Shown here piece after piece: positions 22,821 through 31,200 of a stretch of DNA of 62,383 bases. How positions within the stretch are numbered: the stretch's first letter is position 1; each line of letters opens with the position of its first letter. The stretch is from assembly GCA_964578995.1 (NCBI GenBank), contig CAZOEZ010000002.1, forward strand, positions 1 through 62,383, read 5' to 3'. Source of the DNA: an uncultured archaeon (GTDB lineage: Archaea > Thermoplasmatota > Poseidoniia > MGIII > CG-Epi1). The notes beneath the pieces are model-generated. The model made no database searches. It saw only the letters and a program-made list of their open reading frames with translations, and had not been told where the DNA came from. Made by a program: the position numbers and the translations under genes.

Positions 22821-23828
22821 TTATGTTTTCTTTAAAAAACCAAAAAGAAGACCTAGAGAAAATCCAAAGTGTTGGATAAATAATACCAATGGTGCATAAA
22901 GCCCTTGTTTCACTCTTTTAGTTTGATAACCTACTAATAATCCCGCTAAACCTAATACTGAAAAATAGGATCCCAATAGGAAATTAGGAATTAAAAGAGG
23001 AAGTCTTTCTCCAAACAAGTTTATTTTTTTCAATGCCAGACAATACAATGAAATTAACACAATAAATGCTATCACAAATACAAAATATCTTAAATCAAAA
23101 CTACTCGGATGCATTTTCGTAACTTGAGCTCTAGTTTTTCCATAATTAAACATCTGTTTTAGAAAGGCAGTAGGGCGAGGTCGTCTATGATGCCAAACTA
23201 CTACATCTGGGGCGTATAGAATTTTGTATCCTGCTTTTGAAACTCTTATATCAAATTCAGCATCTTCTCCAGGCCACAAAGTTTCATGAAATTTTATTTC
23301 AGTAACAATATCTTTCTTGATAATGTAATTGCATGTGGGATTGTGGGCGATTTCTTTTGCTTTTGAATGGCCTATAGTGTATCTGAAGGAAAATAGAAAT
23401 TTAGAGCCAAAAATTCTCCCAACGGCTTTAGCAAAGGGCAATTCTTCTTTTGGAGTGTAATTTGGCCCTCCAACACCTACATATCCTTTGTTTTCAATTA
23501 TATGTTTAACACTATTTTTAATCCAATCTTCTCTTAGTATAGTGTCATCATCTGTAAATGCAATTAAGTCACCTTTAGCTTTTTTTGCTCCAATGTTTCG
23601 TTTTTGACCTGCTGCTACAGCGTTGTACTCAACAATCGTGTTAATTCCAGCTTTTACCGCTACTTCTGAATGTTTCTCAATTAATTTAGTAGGTTTGTCA
23701 CCTATAAGTATCAATTCAAATTTATCTTTAGGATAATCTAATTTTACAACACTTTCTACTAATCCTCTTATGAATTTTACATTTCCTGTAGTTGGAATAA
23801 CTATTGATACGAACGGTTCAGATTCCAA
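22821..23828 (-). CDS. Family 2 glycosyltransferase with C-terminal membrane domain
   Basis: VSIVIPTTGN, LILIGDKP, FTDDDT (DxD), GEDAEF, followed by 3 TM helices. Confidence 0.85.
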   Translation of the reverse strand: MESEPFVSIVIPTTGNVKFIRGLVESVVKLDYPKDKFELILIGDKPTKLIEKHSEVAVKAGINTIVEYNAVAAGQKRNIGAKKAKGDLIAFTDDDTILREDWIKNSVKHIIENKGYVGVGGPNYTPKEELPFAKAVGRIFGSKFLFSFRYTIGHSKAKEIAHNPTCNYIIKKDIVTEIKFHETLWPGEDAEFDIRVSKAGYKILYAPDVVVWHHRRPRPTAFLKQMFNYGKTRAQVTKMHPSSFDLRYFVFVIAFIVLISLYCLALKKINLFGERLPLLIPNFLLGSYFSVLGLAGLLVGYQTKRVKQGLYAPLVLFIQHFGFSLGLLFGFLKKT

Positions 23829-23845
23829 TTTTAGTCACCCTGTGT

Positions 23846-24124
23846 TTAATCGGCCTGAGTATATGGATATAAAATACTACTGAATTCTTTTTTAATTGTT
23901 TCAATGTATTCTTGGTTCCTTGTTACTACTACTATTTTCCCTGAATTATAAATATTGATTTTACATTCTTTTTTAACAGATAGCAATGAACCTGTGTAAG
24001 CAACGGTTCTAAAATTGCGATTGTTCAATTCTTTCTGTATTTCATCAAAGTTCATTTCAATCTTTTTCTTTGGCTTAAGAACGAAAGACTGGCAATTCTG
24101 GCATGGCTTGACAACATCAAACAC
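23846..24124 (-). CDS. Hypothetical 92-aa protein; N-terminal CxxC and resemblance to a single TBP-fold repeat
   Basis: CQNC near the N-terminus. KINIYNSGKIVVVTRNQEYIETIKKEFSSILYP resembles the TBP strand-helix signature ([16 protein letters not shown]...). Weak, from memory. Confidence 0.4.
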   Translation of the reverse strand: MFDVVKPCQNCQSFVLKPKKKIEMNFDEIQKELNNRNFRTVAYTGSLLSVKKECKINIYNSGKIVVVTRNQEYIETIKKEFSSILYPYTQAD

Positions 24125-24132
24125 GATATGAT

Positions 24133-25191
24133 TTATTCCCAGTAGATAACTTCTATCCTTATTGTATATTCAGAAGACCCTGTTCTTTCATGATCAATCA
24201 CGATAGTCCAATCTCCTAATTCATGTCTTTCGTCAAACCATGATCGGTGTGTGCTATTGTAATAATCTAATTCAATGATATTGACTTGTTCAATCTCGTC
24301 GTTGTCGTGGGTTGTATTACTAGCTACATTTTCATTATTATCATCATCAGGATCCCTTTCTTGAGTGGTATTGTATAGATATAAATCTAAATCTCTTGTG
24401 TGGAGTGAATTAGTTTCATATTCTAGAGTAGCTCGAATATATCTTGCAGGTAGTCCATAAAGTTGGACTAAATGTTCCTGCTGCCCTGAATCAATAGTTC
24501 TTGTATTGCTGTAATCATAATTAATTTTTAGGTCTAAATCATCAGAATAACTGGATTCATCACTTTCACCCATTTCATTTGTGATTCTAACTTTAACAGT
24601 ATAGAGGCCTGAATCAAATTCATGAGTCACATCAGATTCTGAAGTTTCGTCATCAGCTACAAATCCATCTTCAGAATCATATGAAAAATCCCATTCGTAT
24701 TTTGTAATTTGACTTTCAGATATTGAATCTGAGGCTGAAAAAGTATATCTTATTTGTTCTTCACCATTCATGGTGGATTCTGTATCGTCATTTGTGGTGA
24801 TAATTGCCCTTATTTCACTGGTTGGTTTTTCGATTTTGACATTAGTTGTGGTTGATACAGTTTTGTCACCATCACTGACTGTAAGAGTAACTGTGTATGT
24901 TTTTTCATCAGAATATGAATGCGTTATGCGGCCATTGTTGCTCATATCTCCAATTTTATTATCGTTAGAATTATCAGTACTGTCGAAATCCCAATAATAT
25001 TCTAGATAATCACCATCGGGATCTGAGCTTCCTTTACCTGTGAAAATAATGTCTGTATCTGGCTCAAAAGGTGGAGAACCTTCTATTTTGATAACAGCAG
25101 TTGGTGCTCTATTTTCTTCAGTATCATCTAGAAAATCTAAACATCCTGAAAAAATCATGATTCCTGTGAGCAATACTGGCAAGTATCTCAT
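24133..25191 (-). CDS. Secreted PKD-domain protein with lipobox-like signal peptide and PPC-like C-terminal domain
   Basis: Signal peptide ending FSGCLD. PKD repeats (YYWDFDSTD..., YEWDFSYDSEDG with YTVTLTV/YTVKVRI). C-terminal DLDLYLY...GDWTIVIDH...EYTIRIEV resembles pre-peptidase C-terminal domains. Confidence 0.75.
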   Translation of the reverse strand: MRYLPVLLTGIMIFSGCLDFLDDTEENRAPTAVIKIEGSPPFEPDTDIIFTGKGSSDPDGDYLEYYWDFDSTDNSNDNKIGDMSNNGRITHSYSDEKTYTVTLTVSDGDKTVSTTTNVKIEKPTSEIRAIITTNDDTESTMNGEEQIRYTFSASDSISESQITKYEWDFSYDSEDGFVADDETSESDVTHEFDSGLYTVKVRITNEMGESDESSYSDDLDLKINYDYSNTRTIDSGQQEHLVQLYGLPARYIRATLEYETNSLHTRDLDLYLYNTTQERDPDDDNNENVASNTTHDNDEIEQVNIIELDYYNSTHRSWFDERHELGDWTIVIDHERTGSSEYTIRIEVIYWE

Positions 25192-25237
25192 AATAGTCTA
25201 ATTCCTATGTGCTATTATAAATTCTTTTACCATGATT

Positions 25238-25313
25238 TGGTGCAGGCGCCGGGATTTGAACCCAGGTTGAGGGGTTGGAAACCCCTAGTCATACCAGACT
25301 AGACCACGCCTGC
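25238..25313 (-). tRNA. tRNA-Gly (anticodon UCC), 3' CCA genomically encoded
   Basis: Hand-folded from the reverse complement GCAGGCGTGGTCTAGTCTGGTATGACTAGGGGTTTCCAACCCCTCAACCTGGGTTCAAATCCCGGCGCCTGCACCA. It has a 7-bp acceptor stem, a 5-bp anticodon stem with loop TTTCCAA, and a GGGTTCAAATCCC T-arm. Confidence 0.9.
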
Positions 25314-25314
25314 T

Positions 25315-27387
25315 TTAAATCTGTATTTTGAATTGGGAGCCAGGTCCACAGCCTTCTGGAACTTTAACGTTGACTAATTGACCTGTTGGGGCCTTGATCT
25401 GAATTTGTTGACCAGCCATTACGCCATCAGGAACTGTAACTGTAAGGATAGTTGGTGCAGCGGCAGGAGGTGCTACAGGTTCTGGAGGTGGTGCAGTTTC
25501 CGGAATTGCAGCCATACTTGGAGGAGCCTGTGGTTGTGGAGGTGCAGCAGCAGGAGGTGGAGCCTGTGGTTGTGGAGGTGCAGCAGCGGGAGGTGGAGCC
25601 TGCGGTTGCGGAGGTGCAGCAGCAGGAGGTGGAGCGGCACCTTCCATGCCAGCCCATTCATCACTGAAGTCATCTACTAGTTCATCAGATCCTCCAAAAG
25701 CTCCTTTGGATCTTTGTGAGAGCCCAAATACAGCTGCGCTTCCAAGTCCGATTATAAGGACTATTGAAACCAAGTAGATAGGGTTGATTGGAAAATCACT
25801 TTCTTCAGATAACTTTTCAGTCTCGGGCCCTACAGTACTAGATGCCTCATTAACACTAAAGGTTAGGGTTTGCTCATCGTATTTTGACTCATCTCCGCTC
25901 GATTGTACTCGAATCTTTAACATTGCTTGAGTTCCAGCTTGAGTCTCTGGTGCTTTAACACTTAGATATATTGGTTTTGCACCTGCAGCTTCTATGGTTA
26001 TAGGGTCAGGAACAATGAGTTCCCAATCATTACCTCCCGTTTCCCAACTAGCGGTAATTTTTACTAAATCACTCACATCGGCAAAATTGCGAACTTTAAC
26101 ATAATTCGAGACACTGAAAGTTTTCCCAGCATCCAAATTAATTAAATCAGACCCAGGTAGTTCTATCTGTACGTTGTATTCACCTTTTACAGTTACTTCG
26201 ATTTCTAGACATACGCTCAAGCCTTGCGGGGCGCACGGCTCATCATTATCTCCCATGACTCTAGCCTTCACAATCACAGTAATTACGTCCCCCGCATCAG
26301 CGCCTGAGGAAATATCAATCTCAACTTTGGCTGCAGAACTTTCGGTGAATGCATCTAAGGTGCCTGGACTCTTATCAGAAAATTGCCACCCTTCAGGTCT
26401 ATTTCCAACGCTACCTTGGTACCAATCTTTTTTAGTTAGTTCGTATTCAATATTGTCTGACCATTTGTTTAATATTCTGAAATTGAATAACACAGTATCG
26501 CCAGGTTGCCCTGAGACATCACTTGACGTGGCAGTTAGATCAATTCCATAAAGGACTCTGACATAGGTAGTTATATCTAAATTTTCATTAATACTGCCAT
26601 CATTCCCTGAGGTTGCAATTATTGTTAAATCATCACTATCTCCGTAGTCTACACTACTATCCGATTCTATAGTCAAAGTTACAACATGACTTGAAAAGGC
26701 AGCAATTGTTATAGAATCATCTTCAAAACTTGCATCCCAAGAATTTGAAGAAAGGGATAAACTAAAGGTATCTTCTTTATTTCCATCATTGTTTATTTTG
26801 ACTTGGTAAGTTGTTTCTCCATTAATATCTATAGATCCTTCAGTACTACCGCCTTCAGCAATATTTAGAGAAACGGAGGCTTTTTCATTTACATTGACAG
26901 TGAGTGCAAGGGTCTGTTTTGTGCCTTCTGGATCGCTATTATCCTTGTCTCTACATTTTAAATTTACATCATATGAACCATAAAGGGCATTTTCCGTTGC
27001 TTGAATAGTAACAGTTATACCTGCTTGCACAGAGTTTTTTGAAACATCTATAGAGGGAAGTTGAGTTGATTGAGAAGTTAGTTCATCTTGTCCATCACTA
27101 CTCCACCACATGTTTAGTCCATGATCATCCAGTTCATCTGAATTTGTGATAAACAATTCAAATTCATGTTCAGCATCTAGATAATTTTCAATTTCGACTT
27201 TTAATTCTATAGAGCCCTCAGGATCCACCCATCCTTCATCTCCTGTTTCATCGTCAATTCTAAAATCATATTCATGGTCCGTGTTGTGGTCAGCAGAAGC
27301 TACACTCATGAGAAAGCCAATGCTAACTAGCAAAGCCATAAACGTCAAAGTTCTTACAGAGTTCATATCGAGGTCGCATTCAAACAA
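25315..27387 (-). CDS. Type I membrane surface protein: signal peptide, several CARDB/NEW3-like beta domains, one TM helix, Pro-rich repeat cytoplasmic tail
   Basis: Signal peptide (TLTFMALLVSIGFLMSVASA). Repeated beta-sandwich-like modules (TYQVKINNDGNKEDTFSLSLSSNSWDASF...), TM segment IYLVSIVLIIGLGSAAVFGL, then AAPPQPQAPPPA x3 and a terminal duplicated V.VP.G motif. Confidence 0.65.
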   Translation of the reverse strand: MFECDLDMNSVRTLTFMALLVSIGFLMSVASADHNTDHEYDFRIDDETGDEGWVDPEGSIELKVEIENYLDAEHEFELFITNSDELDDHGLNMWWSSDGQDELTSQSTQLPSIDVSKNSVQAGITVTIQATENALYGSYDVNLKCRDKDNSDPEGTKQTLALTVNVNEKASVSLNIAEGGSTEGSIDINGETTYQVKINNDGNKEDTFSLSLSSNSWDASFEDDSITIAAFSSHVVTLTIESDSSVDYGDSDDLTIIATSGNDGSINENLDITTYVRVLYGIDLTATSSDVSGQPGDTVLFNFRILNKWSDNIEYELTKKDWYQGSVGNRPEGWQFSDKSPGTLDAFTESSAAKVEIDISSGADAGDVITVIVKARVMGDNDEPCAPQGLSVCLEIEVTVKGEYNVQIELPGSDLINLDAGKTFSVSNYVKVRNFADVSDLVKITASWETGGNDWELIVPDPITIEAAGAKPIYLSVKAPETQAGTQAMLKIRVQSSGDESKYDEQTLTFSVNEASSTVGPETEKLSEESDFPINPIYLVSIVLIIGLGSAAVFGLSQRSKGAFGGSDELVDDFSDEWAGMEGAAPPPAAAPPQPQAPPPAAAPPQPQAPPPAAAPPQPQAPPSMAAIPETAPPPEPVAPPAAAPTILTVTVPDGVMAGQQIQIKAPTGQLVNVKVPEGCGPGSQFKIQI
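25523..25636. repeat. In-frame 36-bp tandem repeat (3 copies plus a partial fourth) encoding PPQPQAPPPAAA
   Basis: The unit GGAGCCTGTGGTTGTGGAGGTGCAGCAGCAGGAGGT repeats at 25523, 25559 and 25595 with 1-3 substitutions. The block is locally GC-rich and open in several frames. Confidence 0.85.
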
Positions 27388-27455
27388 ACGTCCGATATAA
27401 ATATTATGTTGTATGCTGGGTAAAGCCTATACGCAGTCATCTATTTACGACAAAA

Positions 27456-28274
27456 GTGGAAATAACAGACAATCATTTTCATTTAGATCCTCAAGGCCGT
27501 AAAGAATTGGCGGTGAAGGATTTTTTGAATGCAGGAGGGACAAGGCTGGTCTTAGTAAACAAACCTTACACTCCTTGGAAAAAAATAGATAAGTTCAAGG
27601 AGCAAGTCAACACAACCTTAAATTTAGCAAATAAAGCAAGGGATGTTGGAGCTAAAGTTGCTGTAGTAGCATCTCCACACCCAATTGATTTAGTCAAAAT
27701 GCTTGAATTTAAAACAAAACCCGAAGCCTCGGAGCTTTATCTTGATGCTGTGGATTTTTGTACAACATTGGTTGATGAAAATGTAATAGTAGGTTTAGGG
27801 GAGTTAGGTCGTCCACATTTTGATGTTGATAAGTCTGTCTGGGATTTATCAAATCAGGTTTTGTTGGAATCATTAAAGCGAGCTAAGGATGTTGATGCAG
27901 CAGCAATTCTACATACGGAGTCTGGAACTCCTGAAGTTATGGCTGATATTTCTTTAATAGCATCTAAAGCTAATTTTCCAAAAAACAGATTAGTGAAGCA
28001 CTATGGAGGTCCAGGAGCTATTGAAAATCCAAAAGGAATCATTGTCTCGATAATTTCATCCTCTACAAACATAACATATGCTTCTAAAACAAATTTTGAT
28101 TTTATGCTTGAAACAGATTATTTAGATGATCCACAAAGACCTGGTGCAGTTATGGGGCCTAAAACAGTTCCTCGTAAAACATTTAAGGCTATTGAAAATA
28201 ATATTTTATCTGAAAATCAGATATATAAGATTCATACAAGTATACCAGATTCAGTCTATCGTGAATTCATTTAG
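27456..28274 (+). CDS. TatD-related metal-dependent hydrolase/DNase
   Basis: GTG start. N-terminal DNHFHLD metal-binding motif, GELG, HTES. Archaeal TatD-like length. Confidence 0.7.
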   Translation: MEITDNHFHLDPQGRKELAVKDFLNAGGTRLVLVNKPYTPWKKIDKFKEQVNTTLNLANKARDVGAKVAVVASPHPIDLVKMLEFKTKPEASELYLDAVDFCTTLVDENVIVGLGELGRPHFDVDKSVWDLSNQVLLESLKRAKDVDAAAILHTESGTPEVMADISLIASKANFPKNRLVKHYGGPGAIENPKGIIVSIISSSTNITYASKTNFDFMLETDYLDDPQRPGAVMGPKTVPRKTFKAIENNILSENQIYKIHTSIPDSVYREFI

Positions 28275-31200
28275 ACTTCTACTTTTTCTTCCGATTTCAA
28301 TTCCCATTCTAAATTTAATCTCCACTGTCTACACCACGCCTCAATAACGTGTCTTTCATGATTATCTCCTACAAATTCAGTAATTACAACATCTTTTCCT
28401 CTTTTAGACATTTTAAAAGCTCCTGTCATTCGGGTTGAGCTAAAAATAACATTACAGGCCCCTAGTCCATATTTTTGTTTAACGTCTTCACTGAGATAAT
28501 GAGCTAATCGGTCACCTTGATTTAGTACAAAACTGCCTTGAAACAAGTGTCCTTTGATATAGTCTATATCGTCTTTAACAACCCAGTACAATGTTTCACT
28601 TCCCTCTCTCAGAAAACCTTTAACCAATATATTTTCTTCTTCAAGTCTAAGTAAGATGCCTCTAAGTTCAGCCATAGGAATCTCTCCTTTTAGAAGCATC
28701 CCAAGGCATTCAGCTGAAATTATCCCAAATGACAATATTAGGCGTTTGACGACTCTAAATCGAGCTTCTTCAGGTTCATAGATTCTATTGACAGGTAATG
28801 TTCGATAATTTCCTCTAGTTGTTCTTACTAAATTTAGTGATTGATATAACCTAGCCAATGAAAGTTTGAATGAATCAGGATCCATTCCACTTCTTCGATA
28901 CAGTTCTTCTCTTGGCAATCCTTTTGAATCAATTGCTAAAGCCAATAATCGTCTATCATCAGGCTCTGGTAATACATTTCGGGCATCACGATAAACAATA
29001 GCGTCTCTAACATTACAATAAGTTGAATATCCAGGAATCATTACACCCTGTACTAATTCCATTTCATTTCCGTAGTCCCTAGGATGGAAGAAACGTCCTT
29101 GAACTCTCAGTGACAGTTCATATTCCGAGCGTACACCTCCCATTTCACGGAAAGCTTCTGCTGCATTTCGGAATCTTTTCTCCGGGTGTATTCTTTGCCT
29201 CCATAATAAATATCCATATATTTCTCTCTCTTGATATTCGCGGTTTATTACCGGACCTTTAACCAGCCAGTTTCTAATTCGCTGATATCCTTTTTCCTCG
29301 AATTGTTTTACAATAGTAGTATCTAAATCTTCCACTTTTGTACTTGCAAATGCTTTTACTCTAATTATATTGCTATGGAAATTTTCTTGATAAGTGGAAT
29401 ATTCATCTAAACCATCTAAGAAATCACCAATTTTTGTATTATCATCTAAGACAACTTCTCTAATATCCAGTAGACCAGACATAGCCCAAGCTTCCATATA
29501 TCCGGCGACCATTCCTCCCTGAATAATGGGATTTGTCCAAGCTTCTCCATAACTAGAGTACATTTCTCTACGGATATGCGCAAGCATCGGGTCTCTCCAT
29601 GAAATGACCCTCACTTTTTTTTCTTCTTTTGTATTTCTAATATTCTCTAATTCTTCTTTTAAGCAATATTCAAACAAACGAGTAGCCCCAACAACAACAA
29701 TTTTTGCTACCAAATCTTCTTCTTGCAAATTATTTAGAATTGTTCTTGTAACATTTAGAGGTAGTCCACATTCTCTCCTAAGTTCAGCAAAAGTTAGAGG
29801 ACCAGTACTTCTTAATTGGTCGAGTACTATTTTTCTCTCAGGTAATTCAGGGGACGAATATTCATTAAGTAGCCTATAACGGTTATGGGTTGTCCATGGA
29901 TTTCTATGCCTATTATAACGATGAATCATCAATTTTTCTTCAAGAGCCCGCAGAGCCCCATCAATCAATTCTGTTTTAACCTCTAATTCTTTTGAAATTT
30001 CACTTTTTGAAAGTGGGGGGCTTCTTCTGAGCATATCCACTATGAGGTTTTGGATTTTACCTTCCGGTTCTTTTCTGAACAAGGCTTGGTACATGCCTAT
30101 CTTATTTGCAGGAACATACCGCAGTTTCCCTGCGGAAAACCTTCCTTGTAAAATAGCATCAGAGTCTCTCCATTCCCACCATTCATCTAAATCGGGATTA
30201 TCTAATCTGTGAAAAACTGTTCTTGGGGAAGACACATCATTATGTTGTTCAAATAGTGTTTGAAGGCTTGGAAATTTCTTAAAAATCTTATAATCAAGAT
30301 ACTCTCTTAATATTTTTTCAGGAACAACATCTACGTCTCCTAGTGACTGAGCTTCTAAATAGATTACATCTTCCGCTAGTAAATATTGAGGTGTGCTTCT
30401 ACCAAGTACAAAATTCCCTCCTTGAATAGTACCTTCCTCTTCAAGTTCATAGAGTGATTGACTTATGATGTCTTCTGATAATCTAAGATCAAGTGCAATA
30501 TCTTCTTTAGACTGAGGTCCAACAAAACCTAGGTGACTAGTAATCAACCAATCCAATGCTTTCTCATATGATATGGTTTTTTCTATTTCTCTTTTGCGAA
30601 CACCATTAGGAGTTTTACAAACTATATATCTTTTTTCCAATTCTTCACAAATTTTCTTGGGTTTAATTTCTTTTACGCCCTTCAATTTTTTGTATGCATT
30701 TTCTGCATCTTTGGATAATTTTTCATCAATTGCATAAATTGCTTTATAATGTGGTACTAGTTCAGGTATAACAAATAAGTCATCTTTGTCGCCAGTCCAT
30801 ATCGATTCAACAACTTTATCTTCTATCATTTCCTGGCACAATTCTTGCATCTCTGTTGCAGCCATATCGGTCATTCTGTAGATTGATTTCCCCCTATCGC
30901 TAAGTAAATAAATACCTCCAATTTGTTTGATAGCTTGAATAATCCCTTCTCTTGTTCCAACAATAGGTCTCTTTTCATTGAAATATCCATCTATTAGTTC
31001 CTTCTCAAACCTTGGTTTGTCTCCATCTCCTTGTTCTAGAACTCTACCTAAAACCTGAGCATGCAACTCTCTTAGAAGTGCAGATCGGTCTTCCATTAGC
31101 ACAATATCGCTTAATCCTGAAAGAATTAGGCTGTGTGATAGAGGGGATGGAACTGGTGAATAAGTTCTGTATTCTATCTTTCGTTCTCCTTTCATAATAT

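Noticed and set aside
25523-25636. Possible CRISPR array or minisatellite
   Set aside because: The repeats are directly abutting, with no spacers, are in frame inside a CDS, and there are no cas genes. This is a coding tandem repeat.
25378-25680. Cluster of four overlapping 66-100-aa ORFs on both strands
   Set aside because: All lie over the GC-rich Pro/Ala-coding 36-bp repeat, which lacks stop codons in several frames. Only the frame continuous with the 690-aa protein makes sense.
25192-27455. tRNA-Gly-adjacent genomic island or integrated element
   Set aside because: No integrase, no duplicated tRNA 3' fragment (att-like direct repeat) and no compositional break were seen around any of the three tRNA genes.
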